64,000 nt of DNA from Candidatus Roizmanbacteria bacterium RIFCSPHIGHO2_12_FULL_38_13 (GCA_001789555.1 MFZZ01000042.1:11244-75243); one strand, 5' to 3'; shown: positions 25,150 through 34,607, numbered from the stretch's first letter. The notes: generated from the sequence alone by a model not told the origin. A program made the numbers and translations.

Positions 25150-26084
25150 GAGTTCAGTAAATAAACTAACAATGCTTTCTGGGCGTGTAGACGATTTTCA
25201 GCCTGCTGAAAAATAACAGATTGCGGTCCATCAATCACTTCTGCCGAAACTTCTAGGCCTCGATATGCCGGCATATCGTGCATAAAAATAGCATTCGGTT
25301 TAGTTTTCTTCATCAGTGAAATCGTTACTTGATAGTCTCGAAAAATTTTTAGGCGTTTTTCTTTTTCTGATTCATCACCCATACTTACCCAGGTATCCGT
25401 ATAAACAACATCAGCATTTTGAACAACATCAATAGGATTATTAGTCTCAATAAGTGAGGCACCGGTGTTTACGGCGATTTTTTTTGCTTTTTTAACGATT
25501 AATTTGTTCATTTTAAAGCCGCGCGGAGATGCAACACTAAAACGGATTCCCAACATAGCACAGGCTAGAGCTAATGAATGAGTAACATTATTTTCCCCAT
25601 CTCCGACAAATGCCAATTTTATTCCGGAAAAAGATTTTTTGATCTCGATAATTGTTAGCAAATCCGCAAGTATCTGGCACGGATGTTCAAGATCAGAAAG
25701 TACATTTATTACCGGAACTCGAGAATACTTTGAAAGTTCTTCCACAGATTCATGCCGAAATACCCGAGCTATGATGATATCCGCCATACTCGATGTCACT
25801 CTTGCAACATCCGATATTTTCTCACGGACTCCCAAACCAATATCTGAAGGAGCCAAGTAAATAGCGTGTCCTCCAAGTTGTGTCATCCCGATTTCAAAAG
25901 ACAACCTTGTTCTCAAACTGGGTTTTTCAAAGATCATTGCCATCGATTTTCCAAAGAGGAGTTTTTTGTTTGAACCAGTTGTTTTTAACTCTTTTTTCAA
26001 TCTCAAGGCAATATTGAGGACGGTCATAAACTCTTTCTTATCAAAGTCGCTAATCGATAAAAAGTGTTTCGGTTTCATATTCAT
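25146..26084 (-). CDS. argF: ornithine carbamoyltransferase-family protein
   Basis: FEKPSLRTRLSFE, HPCQILADL and DTWVSMG are present. The usual HCLP block reads HDMP here. Confidence 0.8.
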   Translation of the reverse strand: MNMKPKHFLSISDFDKKEFMTVLNIALRLKKELKTTGSNKKLLFGKSMAMIFEKPSLRTRLSFEIGMTQLGGHAIYLAPSDIGLGVREKISDVARVTSSMADIIIARVFRHESVEELSKYSRVPVINVLSDLEHPCQILADLLTIIEIKKSFSGIKLAFVGDGENNVTHSLALACAMLGIRFSVASPRGFKMNKLIVKKAKKIAVNTGASLIETNNPIDVVQNADVVYTDTWVSMGDESEKEKRLKIFRDYQVTISLMKKTKPNAIFMHDMPAYRGLEVSAEVIDGPQSVIFQQAENRLHAQKALLVYLLNS

Positions 26085-27331
26085 TTTGTTTCGAATTTGT
26101 TCGCCAGCTTCATCTGAAGAGTATATATCTCGATAAAACCGGCGCTTGCATTCACATTAAATTTATAACCCTCATCCGTATTGAAGGATGTATAATCCAG
26201 TCCGTTTGCCGACTTCATTGCAACTATCGTAGCTTTGCCTTTATGAAGTTCGACGGTCACATTTCCGGTCACTTTTTCATTCACAAATTCATTGAAGGCA
26301 TTTATCGCCCGCATAGCCGGGTCATACCAAAGAGCTCCGTAACACAAGTATCCCCATTTGAGGTCAAGCCCGGATTTGAGTTCATTGAGGTTGCGTGTGG
26401 AGACATAACTCTCCAAAGCTTTGTGAGCCTTGATGATCACATGTGCTGCAGGCAACTCATATACTCCTCCGTTTTTAAGACCAACTAAACGATCTTCAAA
26501 CATGTGTACCACACCGACTCCGTGTGCTCCGGCGATCTTATTCAGTTTTGAAATGATTGCCGCAAGTTTATGCTTTTTACCGTTTAGAGCAACAGGTATG
26601 CCTTTTTCAAAAGCGAGTGTTACCAATGTTGCTTTATCGGGAGCTTTTTTGGCCAGGGTATAGGTGGTCAAAAATTTTTCAACAGGCGAAATGATATCCG
26701 GTGCCTCGATCTCACCACCTTCCCATGTCATTCCCCACATATTATCATCGACACTGTAGGGAAAATTTTTTGACGCCGGGACTGGGATATCATTGCTTTC
26801 TGCATACTCGATTTCCTCGTTTCGATCCATATTCCATTCACGAACAGGAGCAATAATTTTCATTTTGGGCTCCTGGGTCAGGATGTATCCTTCAATACGT
26901 ACCTGATCGTTACCCTTTCCTGTACAACCATGTGCTATACAGTCAGCTCCCACCAGTTTTGCTATCTCAATGGCTTTTTTTGCCAACATGACGCGCCCCA
27001 TCGGTGTTGAAAGATGATAGTCTCCCTGATATGAAGCATTGGCTTTGATACCTTTTGTGAGAATGTCGTTTGCAAACTCATCTTTTGCATCAAGTGTTAT
27101 CGTTTTTTTAGCGCCCAACTTTAGAGCTTTTTGCTTTATTTTTTTCAGATCATCCCGTTGTTGACCGATGTCTATGGTCAAAGCAATGACCGGGACTTTG
27201 TACTGTTCCTGAATCCATTTGAGCATCACGCTCGTATCCAGTCCACCTGAATAAAGCAAAAGAATCTTGTTAACTTTTCCTTTTTGTGCTTCGTATGAAG
27301 CAACTTTTACGTAACTTGTTTGATTTTTCAT
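26081..27331 (-). CDS. argG: argininosuccinate synthase
   Basis: LLYSGGLDTS, AHGCTGKGNDQVR, and 416 aa length. Confidence 0.9.
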   Translation of the reverse strand: MKNQTSYVKVASYEAQKGKVNKILLLYSGGLDTSVMLKWIQEQYKVPVIALTIDIGQQRDDLKKIKQKALKLGAKKTITLDAKDEFANDILTKGIKANASYQGDYHLSTPMGRVMLAKKAIEIAKLVGADCIAHGCTGKGNDQVRIEGYILTQEPKMKIIAPVREWNMDRNEEIEYAESNDIPVPASKNFPYSVDDNMWGMTWEGGEIEAPDIISPVEKFLTTYTLAKKAPDKATLVTLAFEKGIPVALNGKKHKLAAIISKLNKIAGAHGVGVVHMFEDRLVGLKNGGVYELPAAHVIIKAHKALESYVSTRNLNELKSGLDLKWGYLCYGALWYDPAMRAINAFNEFVNEKVTGNVTVELHKGKATIVAMKSANGLDYTSFNTDEGYKFNVNASAGFIEIYTLQMKLANKFETK

Positions 27332-27385
27332 AAAATTTTGAATAAATAATAATTGAGTGTATGGCTACCACTCCAGGTATTAGAT

Positions 27386-28882
27386 TCATCTGAAAATTTC
27401 CGTTATTTTAGCTTCTAGCAAATCTAATGCGTTCTTTTTTTCTTTTAATTTATTACTCAACCAATTTTTATGTTTTTTTAAATTATTTTCTAACAACTCA
27501 ATGCTTTTCATTATTGATTTTTTGCCAGGTCCACCAAATGATTGTGTTAACTGAATAATGACATTGGGGTCTTGAAACTTTTTAACCTCTTCTTTTGTAA
27601 TAGATATATTAATTCCTTCTTTTTTTAAAGCATTCATGAGGGCTTCATAAGAAACCGATTCATTTCCTTCAGAGTATTTCACCGCATTTTCTACAATCAT
27701 TTTTGTTTTTCGAAATGGGAGTTTGAACTTTAGAGAAATTTGTTCCATTAGGGACGGGGCACCGATGAAACCTAGATAGCACCATTTTTCCATATTTGAT
27801 TTATGAACTTTCATTGTTTTGACGACTCCACACATTATCTCCGCAGCCGGAGTGGATTCTTCAACGGCATCAATCAGCGCATACTTTGACCACTGTGAGT
27901 CGCGGTTATAACCGATGAAGTTCCCTTTGCCAAGAGACATGAGAGTTTGTAATGAACTGGCAACATAGGCGGTTTTTCCTTTCATGACTTCAAGAGGATC
28001 GGGGTTTTTCTTTTGCGGCATGATCGAGCTGCCGGTTGAGAATTCATCAGCAAGAGTGACCATGCCAAATTGAGGCGTAGCCATGAGTATAAAAGTTTCG
28101 GCCATGAGCGAAAGATGATTCATAAAAATACTTATCGCAAAAACAAAATCTGCTTCAGGCTCCCAGCGGTTCGTGATCGGATCAAGAGAATTCAAAACAG
28201 GGCAATCAAATCCCAAAAGTTCAGTTGTCAGAGCGGGATTTATGGGAAATGTAGTGCCATAACCCGCCACACTTCCCAGCGGATTGTTGTTATGCAGGTC
28301 ATACCATTGTGAAAAACGAACAGCGTCCCGTGAAACCATCGAGGCAAAGCTCATTAAGACGTGTCCGAATGTAGTTATCATTGCATGTTGGTGATGGGTA
28401 AATCCCGGCATGAGATAGTCTTTATATTTTTTTGACAGATCTACAAGATTCTCGCACAAAATAATTAAGTTTTTTATATACTCAAGAGTTTTATCGCGAA
28501 TAAAAAGGCGAGTATCCAGATTGCTCTGATCATTTCGAGACCTGGCAGTGTGCAGTTTGCCAATGGTGTCAATTCCGTAGTGTTTTGTCAGATATGACTC
28601 AATGTTTGTATGTACATCTTCAAGATTTGGATCTAGTTTAAACTCTCCCTTTTTGACAAGAGATGCTATTTTTTTCAGGCCTGCGAATATCATTTCTGCG
28701 TCTTCTTTACCGATAATTTTTTGCTCGTAAAGCATGAATACATGAGCCTGACTTCCCAAGATATCATAGGGAAGCAAATGATAATCGGCAGCCTTTTTAC
28801 CGACCACATCATGCCCAGCAGTGAAATTTATTACTGCTGCAGACGGTTGGTTTTTAAAAGCTTTCCCCCAAAGTGTTTTCAT
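27386..28882 (-). CDS. argH: argininosuccinate lyase
   Basis: TARSRNDQ and GSSIMPQKKNPDPLE signature motifs. Confidence 0.9.
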   Translation of the reverse strand: MKTLWGKAFKNQPSAAVINFTAGHDVVGKKAADYHLLPYDILGSQAHVFMLYEQKIIGKEDAEMIFAGLKKIASLVKKGEFKLDPNLEDVHTNIESYLTKHYGIDTIGKLHTARSRNDQSNLDTRLFIRDKTLEYIKNLIILCENLVDLSKKYKDYLMPGFTHHQHAMITTFGHVLMSFASMVSRDAVRFSQWYDLHNNNPLGSVAGYGTTFPINPALTTELLGFDCPVLNSLDPITNRWEPEADFVFAISIFMNHLSLMAETFILMATPQFGMVTLADEFSTGSSIMPQKKNPDPLEVMKGKTAYVASSLQTLMSLGKGNFIGYNRDSQWSKYALIDAVEESTPAAEIMCGVVKTMKVHKSNMEKWCYLGFIGAPSLMEQISLKFKLPFRKTKMIVENAVKYSEGNESVSYEALMNALKKEGINISITKEEVKKFQDPNVIIQLTQSFGGPGKKSIMKSIELLENNLKKHKNWLSNKLKEKKNALDLLEAKITEIFR

Positions 28883-28895
28883 ATTTTTTTAAGCC

Positions 28896-28925
28896 AAAAA
28901 AAATCCCCGACCTTTTTTGTCGGGG
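28896..28925 (-). terminator. intrinsic terminator inside the argH leader
   Basis: On the minus strand: CCCCGAC-AAAAAAG-GTCGGGG, then A and U8. The U tract ends 13 nt before the argH ATG. Confidence 0.65.
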
Positions 28926-28951
28926 GTGAATAGTTTTTGTTAAATGATTTT

Positions 28952-29026
28952 TTAGATCATAGAAATACTACCCTCCCCAGTGATTCTTCTTGAAGAAAAA
29001 CGAGTTGTGGATAGTATTTTTAACAT
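28952..29026 (-). promoter_or_regulatory. candidate 24-codon leader ORF MLKILSTTRFSSRRITGEGSISMI
   Basis: ATG about 8 nt downstream of the predicted transcription start. Contains CGT and tandem AGA AGA Arg codons. Its stop lies 26 nt upstream of the terminator stem. Confidence 0.35.
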
Positions 29027-29040
29027 ATTGTCTGTTTAGT

Positions 29041-29069
29041 ATTGTACAAAAGTGATTGGCAATTGTCAA
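29041..29069 (-). promoter_or_regulatory. sigma70-like promoter of the arg operon (TTGACA-17 nt-TACAAT)
   Basis: Near-consensus boxes on the minus strand, 29069-29064 and 29046-29041. Confidence 0.55.
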
Positions 29070-29097
29070 ATTTCTGCGGAAAATTTATACTTTGCTC

Positions 29098-29643
29098 ATG
29101 TCACTTTACTTCATAACCGGATCAAAAGGAAAATTTAAAGAAATACAATCGATCCTGTCAAAGATCAGACAACTCGAGATTGATCTACCCGAAATCCAGG
29201 AAATCGATGCAAGGAAAATTGTCGAGGCAAAACTTCAGTCGGCGTTTGAACATCATTCCGGTGAATTTATCGTTGAAGACACGTCATTGTATTTAAATTG
29301 CTTAAATGGCTTACCCGGTCCTCTCATCAAGTGGTTTATAAAAAGTTTAAAGAACGAAGGTATAGTAAAAATTACTGAAAAATTCGCTAACAATTTTGCA
29401 CTTGCTAAAACCATTATTGGTTATTCAGATAGAAAAAAGAACATAAATTTTTTTGAAGGTGAAGTAAAAGGTCGGATTGTCGCAGCTCGAGGTAGTCATG
29501 GTTTTGGCTGGAACCCGATTTTTCAACCCAATGGCGAAACTAGAACATTTGGCGAAATGAGTTTGGAAGAGAAACAAAAATACAGCATGCGAAGAATTGC
29601 GGCTGAAAAATTAAAAATATTTTTAAACAAGAATAAAATTTAG
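29098..29643 (+). CDS. rdgB: non-canonical purine NTP pyrophosphatase (RdgB/HAM1 family)
   Basis: FITGSKGKFKE, VEDTSL, GLPGP and FGWNPIF blocks. The ATG at 29098 is preferred over the upstream TTG. Confidence 0.8.
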   Translation: MSLYFITGSKGKFKEIQSILSKIRQLEIDLPEIQEIDARKIVEAKLQSAFEHHSGEFIVEDTSLYLNCLNGLPGPLIKWFIKSLKNEGIVKITEKFANNFALAKTIIGYSDRKKNINFFEGEVKGRIVAARGSHGFGWNPIFQPNGETRTFGEMSLEEKQKYSMRRIAAEKLKIFLNKNKI

Positions 29644-29845
29644 TTTTAAGCCATGGAATTTTACTTTTTCCTTAAAATATCTTTGAAAGCCTTTCTTTGC
29701 CTTTTCGTCAATATTTTCTATCAAAGATTTACGGATTTCCTGAAGAATTTTGTTCATATCACATTATATTCTAATTCTATCGTCTTCATAAAATCTTAAT
29801 ATTCTCTTTGTTAACATAGTCACAGTTATAAGTCTAGCATGTCTT

Positions 29846-30343
29846 ATGAATAAATTATTTATTGCATTAGTAGCCATACTTTCAATTGCAATTATTGCAG
29901 GATCGTATTTTGTGCTTCGGACAAAAACTCCACTTGCAGTTTCTGTAACAAAATATTCTGCAAACGACAATCAAAAACCAAAAGTTGAGTTAGACCAAAC
30001 GTCTTACGATATGAAAACTATTAAAGTATCTGACACCGCAACTGCAAATTTTACTATTAAAAATACCGGAAATAAGCCATTGCAACTTTTTGATATATCC
30101 TCAAGTTGTGGTTGTACTGTCGGTCAAGTAATTTATAAAGGTAAAGAGAGTGCAGAGTATGGGATGCATTCGGTAGGTAGTTTTTCGACACCGATTGAAC
30201 CTGGAACCGAAGCTACAGTTAAAGTGCTCTATCGTCCTTTTGTGATGCCGGTGTATGGAGCGGTACAGCGAGAAGTGTATATATCAACAAATGCTCCTGA
30301 CAATCCCAAACTTGTACTGCAAGTTACAGCAAATGTAAAATAA
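29846..30343 (+). CDS. DUF1573-like secreted protein
   Basis: Signal anchor, beta-rich domain, and the FTIKNTGNKPLQL...SSSCGCT motif. Confidence 0.6.
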   Translation: MNKLFIALVAILSIAIIAGSYFVLRTKTPLAVSVTKYSANDNQKPKVELDQTSYDMKTIKVSDTATANFTIKNTGNKPLQLFDISSSCGCTVGQVIYKGKESAEYGMHSVGSFSTPIEPGTEATVKVLYRPFVMPVYGAVQREVYISTNAPDNPKLVLQVTANVK

Positions 30344-31161
30344 TGGATTCAAATTTTTTATTTGGAATATCGCTTACGGCATCATTTCTTGCTGGAGTCT
30401 TGGCGTTGTTTGCTCCATGTTGTATTACGTTTCTTTTCCCGACCTATCTCGGAACTATATTTAAAGAAAGCAAAAAGGTAATGTTTTATACCTTAATCTT
30501 CGCGCTTGGGTTATCTTTCATACTCATTCCCGTCGCTTTGGGATTTCGATTTCTTATATATTTTCTTGATGCCTATCATACAGAAGTCTATTATGTGGGA
30601 GCCCTTGTTCTTATCGTAATGGGCATATCCACGATAAGACCGTTGTTTCATATTCCACAGTTTTTTAATGTTAAGCCAGGAATTGATAAGAAAGTGAGCG
30701 CGGGATCTGTTTTTGGACTGGGAATTATGTCCGGGCTTACTTCTTCATGTTGCGCACCTGTCCTTTTTGCAGCGATAACGCTGACGTCACTTTCCCCATC
30801 TATTTTCCAGGCAGTTGTAGTTTCCGGCGCATATGTTCTTGGCATAGTTTTCCCGCTTTTTCTTCTATCTCTTGGATATAAAAAATCAACTTCTCTCCTG
30901 CCTGCTGAAAAAAGAAAAAATTTATATACAGTTTTTCAGTATCTTGGGGCGGCAATATTTATCGTTTCCGGTATTACGATTGCGGTCATGAACTATTTGG
31001 GTAAAATCCAGATGGAGAGTATGGAAGGATACGGGAAAGAATTACGCATAGTTGTTTTTAACATTGCTAAAAATTTTCAAAATCCTTTTCTTGATATTAC
31101 TCTTTTTCTAATCATCGTATTTATCTTTTATAAATTACTTAAAAAAACTTATGACAAATGA
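30343..31161 (+). CDS. CcdA/DsbD-like thiol-disulfide transmembrane protein
   Basis: Six or more transmembrane segments with membrane-embedded Cys pairs (FAPCCITF and SSCCAPVL). Confidence 0.55.
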   Translation: MDSNFLFGISLTASFLAGVLALFAPCCITFLFPTYLGTIFKESKKVMFYTLIFALGLSFILIPVALGFRFLIYFLDAYHTEVYYVGALVLIVMGISTIRPLFHIPQFFNVKPGIDKKVSAGSVFGLGIMSGLTSSCCAPVLFAAITLTSLSPSIFQAVVVSGAYVLGIVFPLFLLSLGYKKSTSLLPAEKRKNLYTVFQYLGAAIFIVSGITIAVMNYLGKIQMESMEGYGKELRIVVFNIAKNFQNPFLDITLFLIIVFIFYKLLKKTYDK

Positions 31162-32557
31162 AAATAAAAAATCATTTTTTATGAAAACGCTTCAAAACGT
31201 ATATAAGGATTTCAGCATGAAAATTCTTTCCCTATCTTTATTTATCTCTTTTATGCTTCTTGATTATTTTCTTTTGACAAGAACCACTTCGTGGGAACGA
31301 TTCATACAAGATAATAATCCTATTTACATATGGCTTACGATTGGGCTTTCAATTATAAACAATCTTCTTATCGGGATCGTAATTACAACACTTGTTTATG
31401 CTTTTGAAAAAGCGAAACAAAAAACTCATACCGAACTCGCCAACTCAAGCATGGGTATTTTTTTGAGCCTTGTCTCGGTAGGGTGCGCTGTTTGTGGCGG
31501 ATTTTTGCTTCCGATTTTAGGGATCGCCGCTTCACTTACGGCTTTTCCGTTTCAAGGACTTGAGATAAAAGTATTATCAATACTTCTTCTTTTGTACTCA
31601 TTCAATATTCTTTCGCTTCGGATTCATGGTATATTTCAAAATAAATCATTCAAACGCTCTGCTTTAGTGGGATTGGTATTTGTACTCTTTGTCTATGCTA
31701 TTCCCCGTATGCCGCTTCCAATAGGTAATGTATTTGGAAGTATCGCAGAGAAAAATATCGAGAATGCGTCTGGTGTCTCTGATGAAATATATAGCCAAAT
31801 TAATCCGGAAAAAGGATATGAATTAAATACCATATTTGGTGACCTTGGGCCACGTATGCTTGCAATGGGTGTTATTGATGTTGAAAAATTTCAGCAATTA
31901 TATGCCGGTCGCGGAGAAGCGTTGACCGATGAACAACTGACAATTCTCACCAAAGGAACAGATAAAAAAGTCAAGATTACCCGTGAAAATTCCAATTTTC
32001 TTCTCAATTTTTTCTGGGCCGCTGGTCTCGGGAATAAATCACGGGTTCTGACTGAAGGAGAAATGGTTAAATACGGAGACGGTGGAGCGGGTGGATTTGC
32101 CTCAACCGGTGGTTGGACCCTCGCCAAAAGTGACCCCATGGATTATTATGCTAAGGAAACTTTGATTCAAATGACACCGGAGCAGGAAGCTCTTGTTGAA
32201 AAAGTCTCATCAAATATTTATCGACCATGCTGCGGAAATCCCACATCGTTTCCTGACTGCAATCACGGTATGGCACTTTTATCAGTCTTACAGCTCATGG
32301 CAAGTCAAGGTGCAACCGAAGATGAGATGTATGAAGCCGGAAAATATATCAGTGCGTACTGGTTTCCAGCTAATTACTACGACCTCGCTCTCTATTTCAA
32401 GAGTAAAGAAAATACGGAATTTAAAGATGTCGACCCCAAAAAATTACTAAGTAATGAGTATTCCTCATCTAACGGCTGGGCACAGAAAAAAAGATGGCTG
32501 CAAGATCAAGGAATCGTTAAGCAGCCGCCGAAAGGAGGTGGTGGATGTGGTGTTTAA
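31151..32557 (+). CDS. membrane protein with a transmembrane CxxC module and a Cys-rich extracytoplasmic domain
   Basis: VGCAVCGGFLLPILG sits in a transmembrane helix. The C-terminal domain carries YRPCCGNPTSFPDCNHGMAL and a terminal GGGGCGV. Confidence 0.5.
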   Translation: MTNENKKSFFMKTLQNVYKDFSMKILSLSLFISFMLLDYFLLTRTTSWERFIQDNNPIYIWLTIGLSIINNLLIGIVITTLVYAFEKAKQKTHTELANSSMGIFLSLVSVGCAVCGGFLLPILGIAASLTAFPFQGLEIKVLSILLLLYSFNILSLRIHGIFQNKSFKRSALVGLVFVLFVYAIPRMPLPIGNVFGSIAEKNIENASGVSDEIYSQINPEKGYELNTIFGDLGPRMLAMGVIDVEKFQQLYAGRGEALTDEQLTILTKGTDKKVKITRENSNFLLNFFWAAGLGNKSRVLTEGEMVKYGDGGAGGFASTGGWTLAKSDPMDYYAKETLIQMTPEQEALVEKVSSNIYRPCCGNPTSFPDCNHGMALLSVLQLMASQGATEDEMYEAGKYISAYWFPANYYDLALYFKSKENTEFKDVDPKKLLSNEYSSSNGWAQKKRWLQDQGIVKQPPKGGGGCGV

Positions 32558-32756
32558 AACAAAAACTTACAAAATGGAAGGAATACATTGTGGAGCTTGC
32601 GTGGAAATGATAAAAAGAACTTTAAGAAAAATAAAGGGAATTCATAATATGCATGCTGATTTTAATAAAAAAGAGATTACACTGAAATTATTGAAAGATT
32701 ATGATGAGACAGTTGCACGTAAGTCAGTATCTGAACTTGGTTATCAATTAGTCTAA
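32547..32756 (+). CDS. copZ: heavy-metal-associated (HMA) domain copper chaperone
   Basis: YKMEGIHCGACVEMIKRTL matches the GMxCxxC-type motif. A GTG start lies 8 nt after AGGAGG. Confidence 0.7.
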   Translation: MVFKTKTYKMEGIHCGACVEMIKRTLRKIKGIHNMHADFNKKEITLKLLKDYDETVARKSVSELGYQLV

Positions 32757-32766
32757 ATGAAAGCAG

Positions 32767-33042
32767 GTGGTAGATATGAAATTGGAAAAAATTCTTATAG
32801 CAAATACACTCGCTATTACAACAGGATTTGCCTGGACAATCTGTACACTAGCTGTGGCATTTTTTCCAGCTTTCTCATTCCAGTTTACACAATGGTTGAC
32901 ACACGGCTTGGTCTTAAGACAGATGGGAGATGTAAATGTAACATTTTATGGATATTTTATGGTCGGCATTGTGCTTGTTGCGTTTGCATGGATTACAGGT
33001 TATGTATTTGGACTAGTTTGGGAGGTCATGAGTAAAAAGTGA
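32767..33042 (+). CDS. small membrane protein
   Basis: 91 aa with two or three hydrophobic segments. Preferred over the overlapping frame 32757-33035. Confidence 0.4.
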   Translation: MVDMKLEKILIANTLAITTGFAWTICTLAVAFFPAFSFQFTQWLTHGLVLRQMGDVNVTFYGYFMVGIVLVAFAWITGYVFGLVWEVMSKK

Positions 33043-33392
33043 GTATGAAGAAAGTTTTAGGATTCATGATCCCATTTACCTTGCAGCACATCATTTGCTG
33101 TGGAGCCCTTTTATTTTTTCTTATTTCTTCAGGTCTTTTGCTTAAATTTAGTCAAGAAGGCCAAAACAGAATATATTTACTGCCGGCGTTATTCTTTGCA
33201 GCTTTCCTCATATTTTTATATTTTTACTATGGAAGATGCTGTAAACAAAAGGGACATAAAACCTTTCTTGATCATGGTATTTTACTCCTAATTTATCTTC
33301 TCATTTCATTTGTAGTTGGGATTATTTTTATGATCTATGTATTTATTCCCTCGTGGATTCCCGGCTATCAAGGGGGTCCTCTTTTGCCCTGA
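33039..33392 (+). CDS. small membrane protein with Cys pairs
   Basis: 117 aa; HIICCGALL and GRCCKQKGH. Confidence 0.4.
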   Translation: MSMKKVLGFMIPFTLQHIICCGALLFFLISSGLLLKFSQEGQNRIYLLPALFFAAFLIFLYFYYGRCCKQKGHKTFLDHGILLLIYLLISFVVGIIFMIYVFIPSWIPGYQGGPLLP

Positions 33393-33420
33393 TCTTATTA
33401 GTTTTATACATAGTTTTTGA

Positions 33421-33612
33421 TTATTTCATAAACTCCGAAGGGTCAGGAAGTTTTGTCCCCAATGAATTATGGAGATATGTATTTAATAGCATAAAACCTG
33501 CCGAAACTGCTCCTATGATAAAAATGTACTTGGCAATTTTCCATAATCTTTCATCTTCCATTTTTTTAATATAACGAAATGCTAATGAAGATTTTATGAA
33601 GACAAAAAACAC
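33421..33612 (-). CDS. possible small membrane protein
   Basis: 63 aa ORF and the only minus-strand ORF in a plus-strand gene run. Weak call. Confidence 0.2.
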   Translation of the reverse strand: MFFVFIKSSLAFRYIKKMEDERLWKIAKYIFIIGAVSAGFMLLNTYLHNSLGTKLPDPSEFMK

Positions 33613-33658
33613 TTCCGTCTTAATAAATTCTTAATGGGGTATTGATTATCATATTGAC

Positions 33659-34093
33659 ATGAAAAGAAAAAGCATACTTTTTGGCATCCTTGGGGCACTT
33701 GCCCTAATTCTCTTCTACTTTATTGTGATGGGTCTTGCATCAAGGAATGTAGAGGCAACTTTTTCACAGTTACGGCAGATGTGGTACTGGATTTTTGCAT
33801 TAGCCGGCGGATTTGGCGTGCAGGTTGGATTATTTTCTTATTTGAAAATGGTTATAAAACATAACGCCGCACATGTTGGAGCAATTACGGCAACAAGTAC
33901 AGGAACATCGACTATGGGTATGATCGCCTGCTGCGCTCATCATCTTACGGATGTCCTACCAATCGTAGGTTTATCGGGGGCGGCGATCTTTCTCACTAAT
34001 TATCAAATACCGCTCATTATCTTGGGCATAATCATGAATTTCGTAGGAATTGTATACATTTTACGAGTTTTAAAAAAATATCATGAAAAATAA
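33659..34093 (+). CDS. membrane protein with a CCAHH motif
   Basis: Four hydrophobic segments, with MIACCAHHLTDVLP inside a helix. Confidence 0.45.
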   Translation: MKRKSILFGILGALALILFYFIVMGLASRNVEATFSQLRQMWYWIFALAGGFGVQVGLFSYLKMVIKHNAAHVGAITATSTGTSTMGMIACCAHHLTDVLPIVGLSGAAIFLTNYQIPLIILGIIMNFVGIVYILRVLKKYHEK

Positions 34094-34550
34094 CACCACT
34101 TTTCTATTAATAATCGGTTGTATCGCAATGATTATTTTTGCAATTCTTTTTGCCATGAAACTACAGAAAAATATCAAACTTCCTGTTCAACAAGAAAGCA
34201 ATACAGCCAAGACAGTACAACCGCAGTTTGAAACTCAAGAGGCGGATGGAGGGAACGTAACTGTTATTGCTACTCCAGAAGTCTTACAAGTTGGAAAACA
34301 GCCACGGATCAAATTAATATTCGATACTCATACGGAAGAACTTGATTTCGATGTATCAAAAGTCAGTATTCTTCTTGATGACGCTGGAAATACATACTCC
34401 GAAAGTATCTGGGAAGGCTCACCTCCTGGCGGGCATCACAGAAATGGAAAGCTCATTTTTGATAAACAACTGAAAGAGGCATCAAAGATAAAACTTGTAA
34501 TAACAGACGTTTCAGGTATTAAAGAGAGAGTATTTGAATGGAAACTATAA
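34083..34550 (+). CDS. membrane-anchored beta-rich protein (possible metal-binding, GGHH)
   Basis: N-terminal anchor, beta-sandwich-like sequence, and WEGSPPGGHHRNGKLIF. Confidence 0.4.
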   Translation: MKNNTTFLLIIGCIAMIIFAILFAMKLQKNIKLPVQQESNTAKTVQPQFETQEADGGNVTVIATPEVLQVGKQPRIKLIFDTHTEELDFDVSKVSILLDDAGNTYSESIWEGSPPGGHHRNGKLIFDKQLKEASKIKLVITDVSGIKERVFEWKL

Positions 34551-34607
34551 CAGTCTATAATAAAAATTGATCATTCTTGTTATTAATATAATTAATTTCC
34601 GATTCAT

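Noticed and set aside
28926-29040. T-box or other known riboswitch in the argH leader.
   Set aside because: The leader is only ~150 nt. It lacks the T-box sequence (..UGGNACCGCG..-like), a specifier loop, or any motif I recognise. A small-ORF attenuator fits better, though it is unproven.
32757-33035. Alternative frame overlapping 32767-33042, and likewise 37546-37821 inside the DsrE-like gene.
   Set aside because: The competing frames give coherent membrane or DsrE-like sequences. These alternatives are Cys/Arg/Trp-rich with no structure.
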